Assembly (NCBI GenBank): GCA_020137815.1
Contig: CM035357.1
Location: 7,936,001-8,000,000, forward strand
Length of the DNA: 64,000 nucleotides
From: Hormiphora californensis
Lineage: Eukaryota; Animalia; Ctenophora
Direction: 5' to 3'
The notes beneath the pieces were generated by a model. That model was not told where the DNA came from. It was given only the letters and a program-made list of their open reading frames with translations, and did no database searches. The position numbers and the translations under genes are program-made. Each line of letters starts with the position of its first letter. Within the stretch, counting starts at the first letter, position 1. Shown here in pieces: positions 50,648 through 62,273 of the stretch.

Positions 50648-51068
50648 TTAGCTCATCTATTAAACCCCGTGTTTTACTTTGATATGATCCATATGATTCA
50701 TTGATTTCCACGCAATCATATGAATCATATGAATCAATTAATCCGATTTCATACACCAGTGAAATCAATTAATCCGGATACACACAGTGACCTCCCCCAT
50801 TGGGAGGTCATTGAATCTGCTGCATATGCTGCATCTACCACATATGCTGCCCCTCATTCGCCCCACCATGTTACCCGGGGGTAGCTACACATGCTAGAGC
50901 TAAATACTGGAGGTGTATAGTGTGGTGTGTGTGTGTGTGGGTGTATAGTGAGATACAGTTACACACTTGACATCCAAATGACGAGATGTAAGTGAGGTAC
51001 AAGCCTCACTTAGTTAACTATATTGAGGTGATGCCGCACTGTCGTAGATTCACAAGTTTTACACTACT
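50648..51068 (-). repeat. Right TIR (~421 bp)
   Basis: Ends ...ttttacactact followed by TSD gtgggt. Confidence 0.95.
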
Positions 51069-52405
51069 GTGGGTTACATAAGAATTGTTATTTCATCATT
51101 ATATATTGACACAATATAATATATAATACGGCGGAAGCAAAACAGGATACCTATCATGGGAGCAGTGGGTGCTTTCCTAGAACACTGTCAGACTAAAACA
51201 GCTTTGACAGTCTTTAAATCAAGTGTATGATGTTTACTGGGTAGCAGTGTAAAATATTGTAACTATGGCTGTAACAGGACGCTACCTGTGAGTCTCAACT
51301 CACAGACTGTGACATTATAACGGTACTTCAATAGGAAGTAAAGTTGTATTATATTTTCATTCTGTATTTAAATACCTATATGGTGCCTATTGCAATTAGA
51401 GACGTTGGATCAAGGTTATGAAAAAATACTAAATAAACCTAAAATGAACCTATCCAATTAGAATATCAGCTGTCTAATGAGATAAACTACTGATTTGAAC
51501 GTCATGTGCTAAAGACTTTCCTCAAGGAGGGTAGGTACCTATCTGTAAAAGACCAAACCGACTTGTGAAATGTTACTAGAGTTATCTTATTCTGACCATT
51601 CAGACCAAAGTTTCATAAAAAAGAACTACACATATAACACAGGGTACTGGGTACGTGTGGTATAGGAGGGTACCCAAGCAGTGGAGAGATAAGAGCGTGT
51701 AATGTGACACTACATGATAACTGGTGCGTGACTTCAGGGCACTTCAGGGCATGCGAGACGATGTGAATGTGAGGTGAGAATAGAATATTGACCAGAGATT
51801 TTTACTACTCATGCTTTAATTTGTAAAAACATACCATAGTTACAAACTTATACTCTTAGGCATGAAACAGAGGAATTCCTTCCTTTACCCAAACCTACCA
51901 TAGTAACTTTCAGGCACTGTACCTACCTAACATGAAACAGATGGACGGTTGAAAGGTGGAGGAAATATTCAAGGTGAGAAATGAAATGATATTTGTTACT
52001 CCCACTAATGAACCATTCATCTCCCGGGAAGGTTCAATGATAAAGGAATGGAGTTCAATAACAGTTCAATTATCAATAATAGGCTCCACATCTAACTGCC
52101 CCAGTCCCCACTATTGGCATTTTCCCAATCGCAGATTGTCCCCACTGTCGTCTTGTCTTCACTTTCCACCTTGTCCACAACTTTTACACACACCATAATA
52201 TTATATTTAGTGTGTTAGGTTCGATAGTAAATAATAAATCACTTTCTTTCTTAATGCAATGGAGGTTGAGAGAGAGGGAGAGAAAGAGAGAAAGAGAGAG
52301 AGAGAGAGGGAGCGAGGAAGAGAGAGGAGAGATAGAGAGAAGTAGATAGGAGATATAGAGTAGAGAGAGAGAGAGAGAGAGAGAAGAGATGAGAGAGAGA
52401 GAGAC

Positions 52406-52463
<58 letters not shown>

Positions 52464-53068
52464 CGATGCAGAGACCTTCCACCCCTTACTTGAGATACAT
52501 AACTAGATGCACTATTGCTTCAGTAGGGACCAATAGTTTCACATTGGATGCAGCGGAAATGCTTGGTTAGCGCTTATACCACCCTCCTTTACCCCCCCTC
52601 TCTCTCTTTCTTGTTGAGCTTTAATTTCTATATCCTTCTCTCACCTCTATCTAACTATTTAGCCTATCACTATCCTGCCAAACTTATATCATTTTCTCTT
52701 GCTGCTTCTTATCTTGCTACTGGTCCCTCCTCCTGAACCAACTGGTCACTGTCTGTACCATTCACTCAGTTCTCTTCGCTCTCATTACTTACCACTCCTT
52801 TCCCATTAATTTTTTTCCTCTCTCTCTCTCTCCATCTCTGATTCTGGCCCTCGCTGTAACTTGTTCGTGAAGGGAAAGTACAGCAGATAGCTGGGACAGG
52901 GGTTAACGCCTAACATGAAACTTATCTTAATTTGTATATCAGTACAAAAGTCGAATAACTTTCGACACTTTTACTCTGAAAATATGTTTTTATCCACTTC
53001 TTTATCTCGCTATATTCTTTCTCTCACCTCTCCTCTCTCTCTCTCTCTCTCTCTCTCCTCCTCTGCAG

Positions 53069-54190
53069 GTGAGATGCAGTGTGATGTATGTCATCCCGGA
53101 TCTGTTGCACCAGAAGGCAGGCATGAAGGATTGTAACCCGTGTAGGGCAGGATCCACTGCTCCAGAGAACTCTACTTCCTGTACGCAGTGTGCTCCCGGC
53201 ACCTATGCAGGTAAACCCGGCAGCCCGATGTGCAGCAAGTGTGGTCCGGGGTCCTCAGCCAGCCAGCCCGGTATGGACCACTGCGAGGCGTGTTCACCAG
53301 GCTTCTACCAGTCTGGTAATGGGAGTGTGTCCTGTAACCCTTGTCCAAGGGGAAGTTATCAGGAGAAAAAGGGTGCAGTCGGGTGTGAGATGTGCCCCAA
53401 CAATCGGACCTACACAACCACTAAATCAGGATGTGCCCGGGCTAGTGATTGTATGGGTCCTCTCCTCGTTACCATGGCAACCTTCCGATCTGCTATAACA
53501 GGAAACTACACAGACACTGCAACAGTTAAAATTCCCGCTAAGACAAGTGTTTTCGCGGTCAGTGGTGATTGGATATTGAGGAACCCTAAAAACCCATATC
53601 ACGAGGCTATAAAACTCCAGATGGGTCAATCTCACACCTTTGCCAGAGAGAGCGAGGTTGTTTTATACGTTCAAATGCCCAATAAGTTCTGTTATAAGGA
53701 CACTGAGGGTCACGGGAGGATGTTTGCGGGATTACAAAATACAGATGCACAGGGAAGACGGTGTCTCGACTCTCTTTGTAGGAACCCTGACGGAGACCCC
53801 CGGGGACCGTATTGTCTTGTGGAGGATGAAGTGAGTGGGAAACAGATCAAGAGCACTTGTGGTATTCCTAAATGTATATGGGATGTTGAGTGTTACGCTG
53901 GTAACGGGGTTGGTTACCGTGGTAACGCGAATACTGTCCCAATCTCCAAGGAGAAGAGTGTACCGTGTCAGAGCTGGACAGCCGATAGGCCTCATATCAA
54001 CCCCTACCACCCCACTGAGTACAACTCCAAGATGTTTGGTATAGGAAAGCACAACAGCTGCAGGAATCCTGATCCCAAGACGATTGCAGTTCCATGGTGT
54101 TACACCACTAACTTTAGGGTCAGATGGGGGCCGTGTGTTACCGTGAAACAGTGTGACGCCACTATCGATTACTTCCATAGAGACCTCTAG
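53069..54190 (+). CDS. 3' exon: GCC2/GCC3 Cys repeats plus two kringle domains (no start codon or signal peptide)
   Basis: Acceptor ctctgcag at 53061-53068. Cys repeats, then CYKDTEGHG...CRNPDGDPRGPYC and CYAGNGVGYRG...CQSW...HNSCRNPDP...PWCYTT kringle motifs. One indel near 53115. Confidence 0.85.
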   Translation: MRCSVMYVIPDLLHQKAGMKDCNPCRAGSTAPENSTSCTQCAPGTYAGKPGSPMCSKCGPGSSASQPGMDHCEACSPGFYQSGNGSVSCNPCPRGSYQEKKGAVGCEMCPNNRTYTTTKSGCARASDCMGPLLVTMATFRSAITGNYTDTATVKIPAKTSVFAVSGDWILRNPKNPYHEAIKLQMGQSHTFARESEVVLYVQMPNKFCYKDTEGHGRMFAGLQNTDAQGRRCLDSLCRNPDGDPRGPYCLVEDEVSGKQIKSTCGIPKCIWDVECYAGNGVGYRGNANTVPISKEKSVPCQSWTADRPHINPYHPTEYNSKMFGIGKHNSCRNPDPKTIAVPWCYTTNFRVRWGPCVTVKQCDATIDYFHRDL

Positions 54191-54759
54191 GAAAGAGAGA
54201 ACAGTACGATATAATAGAAGGGGACCGATGTGATTTTGAATCCTAGAGCTTTTAGATTTTTCAATGAAAGACATTCAAATTGCATAATATGATTTCTTGA
54301 TTACAGTTTTAATTTAAAACGATGGAGTTATCATTTTTTACCAACTGCTTTGAGGAATCAAGGGGGTGGGGACTCGGACTGAAACAAAGGTAATGTCTAT
54401 TTTATAAAATGAAAATATGTATGACGCACGGAGGCCTACCTACAATTGTTTGTCTCTTTTCTAACACCATATACTGCATAATTCTCAACGCCCTACGTAC
54501 TAGATCTAGAGCTGCGACTGAGCTCGCGGTTGAAACTTTGTCGAATTTCGTATCGAAGTTAAAAGTGTCGCACTTAAGAACACTCAACTCAACACCTTCT
54601 CCTCACACCTGTTTTTACAAAAAAAAAAGATTTAAGAAAACATCATTTTACAGGACAGACAAAAGAATAAAAGTGTTAAACTGTTTTACATCAATACGAC
54701 AATGAGAACGTATTTAAAAAACTAAAAAGCCACAACTATTTCACAATACAGTTAAAATC

Positions 54760-55584
54760 ATGTTGAATCTTATAACTGTGGTGCTACTTGCACGTGTAGT
54801 TGCTGTGGATCTAGATGGTGTGGAGGTTAGCCTGTTGAGACGTTATGGGGAGAGTGGAACGAATGGAACTGTATTTCTGAACACCACCACGACTGGTGGT
54901 GGTCTAGCCTGTGCTGCTTGAGTGGACGAAAAGACTGCGGAGTTGCTGTGTAACAGGGCTGGTTACAAGTATCTCCTTGGTTACAACAGCACCTTGGACT
55001 ACTACGACAGCACCTGGAACTACTACGACGAGCTGGATTGTGACACAATGATAGAACGAGATATCTCCGTTCTCGCTGCCAACCTAACCTGCCCTGGTAA
55101 CGCTACAGATATGGGTAATTGCACTGCTCTGCCGGCAAGTGATTCCTGCGATGTTGACACTTCTCTCTGGCTGGACTGTACTAACGATGACGGACTATTC
55201 TGGAAACTAACCAATGTGACTCTGGCACACAACAAGGTTGGAACACACAATGTTACAGATCTGGAGGTCGGTGGGGTCTTTGGTACAGTCCTGAACACCC
55301 GGACTGGGGAGGAGAAGACAGGGTTTGTCCAGTATACCTATGATAGTGACACATTGGCAGCCCTGTGTTACTTCGCAGGACACGGTGTAGTAAAATATTA
55401 ATACCACAATGGAAAGAAGACAGGTCGGATTAGAGCCAGGGAAAGTTCTAAAATATCTTGTGGATACATCCTAGAAAACAAGACCAGATTTGTGCTAAAA
55501 TACTTGAGTTGCTACAACCCCAAGTTCTGAGTTGCTACAACCCCAAGTTCTGTTAGAGATGCGTTGTGGTTAAAGTGCAATTAA
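54760..55584 (+). CDS. Secreted glycoprotein with two SRCR-like domains (frameshifted)
   Basis: Signal MLNLITVVLLARVVA; GTVF...AC...DEKTAELLCNRAGY...LTCPGNATDMGNC...C...LWLDC; the second repeat ends ALWLKCN. Many NxS/T sites; 23-bp duplication at 55505-55550. Confidence 0.6.
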
Positions 55585-56511
55585 CTCCGAAGAGTGTTCT
55601 GACAATTGTCACTGTAACAAAATTGTTCTTGTCAAACTAAAATACAATACAAATGATCGGTGTTTTAATATCTAATCCCAATATAAAATATGTACTTTGA
55701 AAATGTAAAATGGGTGTGGTGACAAAGTAACGAAAATGGCTCTAGCGAAGAAGAGGTATCTGTACTCAGTTATTTCTTTACCATATCTCAGCCGGTTACT
55801 TTTAGAATGGGGGAGAGAAATTTTAACGGCCGCTGGTGAGGGCGATAGGTCATACATGACACGGTCTATTATAGACCGTCTGGAAGGCGCTACATGATGT
55901 CTAGGTGGCTAATTTTTGTCACAAGCTAGTTTTAGGGATTTTGAACCCAAAACCACGTCCAAATCTGCTTGGAAAATAAAATAAATTTTTTATGGCCTTT
56001 CTCGGAAGGCTAATTTAGGCCTTTTTTAAAAACCCTTCTCAACTTTTTGTTTTTGAGGGGCACAAATAATCCTTTGAAGGGATAAAACTACTTAACATAA
56101 AAAATCGAATGCAAAAAGCGACATCAAAAACTGAATGAGTTATTAACGTTTTAAACCTCGTATCATATATGACTCTATCGCCCGTAAGGGAATTCTTAGA
56201 AATCGATCTAAGATCGATTTCTACAACAAGAAAACAGCAATTGGTCTAATTGTTCTTTGATCATTGTAAAATACAAGCAACAACCATTTTTTCTAGCTCG
56301 TCTCGGTTTCTCAATTGACCTTCTCTTCTCATCCTCTGTGGTGCGTGTTTTTTGTTCTCTACCATAACTTTATATGAGCTGAACTTTTTTATATACATAG
56401 TGTACTTTATTGTTGTAGTGAGAATAGGATCCATTATCAAAGCCTTGTTCCTAAAATCCCACCTCATTGACTGTGTGTGTATTACGGTGATTATCTTTAC
56501 AGCTCGATAAT

Positions 56512-57895
56512 ATGTTCCCCGGAATCCCAGGTCACGAAACTTCTACATCTTCAGTAGCACCCATCTTCACTGACTTCTTCGAGACATCCAGTACTAATTC
56601 ATCCGGTTCTGCACCCTACAATCTGACGATAACAGAGGCAGATAACTTTTTAGTGATTAATAGTAACTCAACTTCCAATGAGACTCTGTTGCGTTTCACA
56701 GCAAGTTTTACCACTATCAACGCAGTCTGCTTCTCTGTATTTTTCCCAGTCAACATCAAGACACTAAAGTTGTACCTCAGTATCATGTACCAAGGCCAGC
56801 CCTTCTTCGCACTGTTCATATTTGTACAGGCACTCTGCATCCTGGATTTGTTAGTCTGTCTGTCCGAGATAGCATCATTGTGGTGTGAGCTACCATTGTG
56901 GATCTGTAGGATTCAGATCGGATCTAGTCACACCATCCACCTGGCCCTCTCCCTAACGATATGTTTCATATGTATTTACAGGTAAGCAGATATATTAACC
57001 AACAGAGAAATACAATATTTATCCCGCACACTCCATCCCATATGGATGGTGCAACCGTTATAACAAATTCATCCAAAAATAGCTTTAACAAAATCATCAA
57101 TAAGACCAGGAACCGACCGAATCAGGAAATACTGGTCCCTGATTGACTGATAACCAGTCACGTGACCTAAATAACGAGTTCTGATTGGTTGTTTACTTGT
57201 TTCGGTCGGTTCCTGAATAAGACATACCTAAATTTTGTGTTTGGGAATTTCTAACAGTATGCCCAGCTAATTACATGTTTTTTAGGTGTGTGGCAGTAGC
57301 GAAGCCGTTCTTTTACAAAAGAATAGCATGTCAGAAGTACATCATGGCCTCAATAACTGGAATCCTAGTGGTGTGTGTGGTCCTCCCTGCAGTCGGTCAA
57401 CTAACAGGGATGGTATCAACACGATACACCGCCCCACCCGACTTTACTGGTTGTGTAACTGTGTACAGTGGCACATTCCCCCTCTTCTACGGTATGATCT
57501 TCGTGTTGAGTTTTAGTGTTAACATCATTCTGCTGGTGACCTACTGGTTTCTCAACAAACACCTACAGAACATCATCAGGACGAGTCCAGAGATAGAAAA
57601 ACTGAAGAAGGGGGCACTTCATGTCACTGCACTTACAGCTGCTTCCTTTTTCATCGCTTATTCCCCAATTTTGATAGTATTTTTCATCTACACAGCGGAC
57701 CCTAAGAGTCTATCTAAGATGAGAGCTCCATATCTGATGTGTCTTGACTTCACTGTGCGATTTATATTCCATCTAAACTCGTGTGTGGTGCCATTATTTT
57801 TAGTTAGTTCGAATATTCTTTCGGCCATGAAAACAGCTGCCAGTGTTTCCAAAAACCGTTCATTCCGAATTAGAATAAATCATCCTACAAACTGA
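56512..57895 (+). CDS. Class A (rhodopsin-like) GPCR, copy 1, 2 exons
   Basis: Exons 56512-56981 and 57286-57895. Glycosylated N-terminus, 7 hydrophobic segments, LCILDLLV (TM2), TM3 Cys, IYRCVAVAKP (DRY equivalent), AYSP (TM6), LNSCVVPL (TM7). Confidence 0.85.
57107..57215. mobile_element. 109-bp hAT-type MITE in the GPCR intron
   Basis: TIR caggaaccgaccgaa; 8-bp TSD AATAAGAC. Confidence 0.9.
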
Positions 57896-60491
57896 CAAAC
57901 ATCGTTTGAGAGAATGTGTGTACACCGACCTTATCTCCCCTAACTAATTGACAGAGGGAATTCTTATCTTCAATCTATCAAGCACAAAACTTTGATCGAT
58001 GTTCCCCGAACTCGGTACAAACGTTTCCTGTTTGGTCTTAAATTATTAATTTCTTCAACATGTTTGTGTTGCAAATAAAACGTTTAACAGCTACATTAAT
58101 CGTTATCAAGCTGGTTTAGAGTTTGTTTGAAAACATTTAAATCGCAAATAATTTTCGATAAAATTGTGTGTCTGTTGCGAAAAGGTCCCAGGTTGATTTT
58201 TAAGGCCGGGGTTGATAATCTGCCTGAAGTGGTTCCTACACCAAGGTGTCGAGAGTACCCTCAAATCCACTGTCAGACCATTACTGACTTCTGTGTGTTT
58301 CTCAAACGGCTATAGCCACGCAACCACATGGCTGATTTGAGTAAACTAAACGGTATCTGATAGAGAATCGATAGCCCTAGCCGATAACCCCAAACAAAAC
58401 CCTAATCCGACGTCCCGACCCTAACAACAGCGGCTGTTGTTAGGCTGTTGAACAGCCCTAACCCGTCTCGACCGCCAAAATCGATGAATTGTTAGCAATG
58501 GAAAGCGCCCAGAGTTTAACGTTTTCCCACCCAGATTTTAACCCTTTGACGGCGAGAAGGATTGGCTCGATAGAATTGTCTAATTTTTCGTTTATAAGTA
58601 GATATTATCAACACAAAACTTAAGGACTTTGAATCGGCGATATTTGGGGAATGTATTGATTATGGGAACGCGAATTACATCTGCACATCCGTTCCTAGCC
58701 TATTTCTCACTTTCTCCCTACCCATGTTGTTGTACGCTTCCTGACAATGTCAAGGTGCGAATTTAAGAGATCAATGTCATGGAGGTGCAGTGCTCTGTGC
58801 TGTTCCAGAAACGTGAAAACTTGGCCGCTATGTAGCCGATTCGGAGATTTCTATATTCGACTGGAGTAATCACCCTTGGGCGACGTTGGGTAAAGCTATC
58901 AGCAGTCGTTGATTGGCTCGCTTGAACACGTTGGCGTAAACTGTCATATATTCTCTAGCCTGCTCCCTGACAGCAGCAGATCTTCCGGACCCAGATGACC
59001 GTTGCCGAATAGCGCTTGGGGTTGAAGAGTTAGACATCAGGACAAAAGTAAAAGAATGCACGTGCAGAATTGAATTTCCCTTAGTACCCAAAACTGCAAC
59101 TGGGAGTGAGGTTTCTAAGTTGCTCTAATAATTGCACGTGCAGGTGTAGTTGCTAGGTGATGTAGCACTGACAATTTGAATAGTAAGTAGTATGATGTAC
59201 TTTGAAAATGTAAAATGGGTGTGGTGACAAAGTAACGAAAATGGCTCTAGCGAAGAAGAGGTATCTGTACTCAGTTATTTCTTTACCATATCTCAGCCGG
59301 TTACTTTTAGAATGGGGGAGAGAAATTTTAACGGCCGCTGGTGAGGGCGATAGGTCATACATGACACGGTCTATTATAGACCGTCTGGAAGGCGCTACAT
59401 GATGTCTAGGTGGCTAATTTTTGTCACAAGCTAGTTTTAGGGATTTTGAACCCAAAACCACGTCCAAATCTGCTTGGACAATAAAAGAAATTTTTTATGG
59501 CCTTTCTCGGAAGGCTAATTTAGGCCTTTTTTAAAAACCCTTCTCAACTTTTTGTTTTTGAGGGGCACAAATAATCCTTTGAAGGGATAAAACTACTTAA
59601 CATAACAAGAATTATTTGCATTATTTAACCATAATGCTGAGTTTCCCTGCCCTAGTCAGCTCATCATTCCTGATCACTTAACTGATATGTTTGGCAAACG
59701 TTGCTGGCCCCCGATAGCGCGGGATAAGGCAGCGCTTTTCAAGTGATTTTTAAAAAAACAACAAAAAAAACGCAGAACAAATTTTCCAAATTTCAAGACG
59801 CGCGGCCGATATAAAATAAATTTTGCTGCGCGTTACAGTTTATAGCCGCGCACGCCTCATAAATTTTCAATAGTTTGTGGGCGTGCATGTTACTCCGCAA
59901 ACTTCAAATCGCGCGCGCCGCACGGTTGCCCCTCGCAACGAAAGTGTGACCAAAAAATGTCCCTCTACCGATTAGTTAGTATACCAAAATGTCGTTTTCG
60001 AATTCTAACCCTGCTATGCCTTTTTACAAAGTAAAAAGGCATCCGGGTGGATGCCTTCGGCATCCACCCGGGCAGGGAAAAAATCGAATGCAAAAAGCGA
60101 CATCAAAAACTGAATGAGTTATTAACGTTTTAAGCCTCGTATCATATATGACTCTATCGCCCGTAAGGGAATTCTTAGAAATCGATCTAAGATCGATTTC
60201 TACAACAAGAAAACAGCAATTGGTCTAATTGTTCTTTGATCATTGTAAAATACAAGCAACAACCATTTTTTCTAGCTCGTCTCGGTTTCTCAATTGACCT
60301 TCTCTTCTCATCCTCTGTGGTGCGTGTTTTTTTGTTCTCTACCATAACTTTATATGAGCTGAACTTTTTTATATACATAGTGTACTTTATTGTTGTAGTG
60401 AGAATAGGATCCATTATCAAAGCCTTGTTCCTAAAATCCCACCTCATTGACTGTGTGTGTATTACAGTGATTATCTTTACAGCACGATAAT

Positions 60492-61878
60492 ATGTTCCCC
60501 GGAATCCCAGGTCACGAAACTTCTACATCTTCAGTAGCACCCATCTTCACTGACTTCTTCGAGACATCCAGTACTAATTCATCCGGTTCTGCACCCTACA
60601 ATCTGACGATAACAGAGGCAGATAACTTTTTAGTGATTAATAGTAACTCAACTTCCAATGAGACTCTGTTGCGTTTCCACAGCAAGTTTTACCACTATCA
60701 ACGCAGTCTGCTTCTCTGTATTTTTCCCAGTCAACATCAAGACACTAAAGTTGTACCTCAGTATCATGTACCAAGGCCAGCCCTTCTTCGCACTGTTCAT
60801 ATTTGTACAGGCACTCTGCATCCTGGATTTGTTAGTCTGTCTGTCCGAGATAGCATCATTGTGGTGTGAGCTACCATTGTGGATCTGTAGGATTCAGATC
60901 GGATCAAGTCACACCATCCACCTGGCCCTCTCCCTAACGATATGTTTCATATGTATTTACAGGTAAGCAGATATATTAACCAACAGAGAAATACAATATT
61001 TATCCCGCACACTCCATCCCATATGGATGGTGCAACCGTTATAACAAATTCATCCAAAAATAGCTTTAACAAAAATCATCAATAAGACCAGGAACCGACC
61101 GAATCAGGAAATACTGGTCCCTGATTGACTGATAACCAGTCACGTGACCTAAATAACGAGTTCTGATTGGTTGTTTACTTGTTTCGGTCGGTTCCTGAAT
61201 AAGACATACCTAAATTTTGTGTTTGGGAATTTCTAACAGTATGCCCAGCTAATTACATGTTTTTTAGGTGTGTGGCAGTAGCGAAGCCGTTCTTTTACAA
61301 AAGAATAGCATGTCAGAAGTACATCATGGCCTCAATAACTGGAATCCTACTGGTGTGTGTGGTCCTCCCTGCAGTCGGTCAACTAACAGGGATGGTATCA
61401 ACACGATACACCGCCCCACCCGACTTTACTGGTTGTGTAACTGTGTACAGTGGCACATTCCCCCTCTTCTACGGTATGATCTTCGTGTTGAGTTTTAGTG
61501 TTAACATCATTCTGCTGGTGACCTACTGGTTTCTCAACAAACACCTACAGAACATCATCAGGACGAGTCCAGAGATAGAAAAAACTGAAGAAGGGGGCAC
61601 TTCATGTCACTGCACTTACAGCTGCTTCCTTTTTCATCGCTTATTCCCCAATTTTGATAGTATTTTTCATCTACACAGCGGACCCTAAGAGTCTATCTAA
61701 GATGAGAGCTCCATATCTGATGTGTCTTGACTTCACTGTGCGATTTATATTCCATCTAAACTCGTGTGTGGTGCCATTATTTTTAGTTAGTTCGAATATT
61801 CTTTCGGCCATGAAAACAGCTGCCAGTGTTTCCAAAAACCGTTCATTCCGAATTAGAATAAATCATCCTACAAACTGA
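60492..61878 (+). pseudogene. GPCR copy 2 with two +1 frameshifts (pseudogene or sequencing error)
   Basis: Extra C at ~60677 and extra A in the A-run at ~61580 relative to copy 1. Confidence 0.6.
61089..61197. mobile_element. 109-bp hAT-type MITE, duplicated together with the GPCR gene
   Basis: Same TSD AATAAGAC as the 57107 copy. Confidence 0.9.
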
Positions 61879-62273
61879 CAAACATCGTTTGAGAGAATGT
61901 GTGTACACCGACCTTATCTCCCCTAACTAATTGACAGAGGCAATTCTTATCTTGAAGCACAAAACTTTGATCGATGTTCCCCGAACTCGGTACAAACGTT
62001 TCCTGTTTGGTCTTAAATGATTAATTTCTTCAACATGTTTGTGTTGCACATAAAACGTTTAACAGCTACATTAATCGTTATCAAGCTGGTTTAGAGTTTG
62101 TTTGAAAACATTTAAATCGCAAATAATTTTCGATAAAATTGTGTGTCTGTTGCGAAAAGGTCCCAGGTTGATTTTTAAGGCCGGGGTTGATAATCTGCCT
62201 GAAGTGGTTGCTACACCAAGGTGTCGAGAGTACCCTCAAATCCACTGTCAGACCATTACTGACTTCTGTGTGT

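Larger units (their letters stand above)
43705..51068. mobile_element. Polinton/Maverick-like endogenous virus lacking pPolB (7,364 bp)
   Basis: Termini AGTAGT/ACTACT; TIRs 43705-44127 and 50648-51068; 6-bp TSD GTGGGT at 43699-43704 and 51069-51074; integrase, ATPase, protease and capsid genes inside. Confidence 0.93.
55690..58400 (+). repeat. Tandem segmental duplication, copy 1 (copy 2 at 59195-62376)
   Basis: Near-identical sequence including the GPCR gene and its intronic MITE; copy 2 has ~470 extra bp at ~59605-60077. Confidence 0.92.

Noticed and set aside
54170-54190. C-terminal HRDL as an ER-retention signal
   Set aside because: Does not fit the [KRHQSA][DENQ]EL consensus; too weak to claim.
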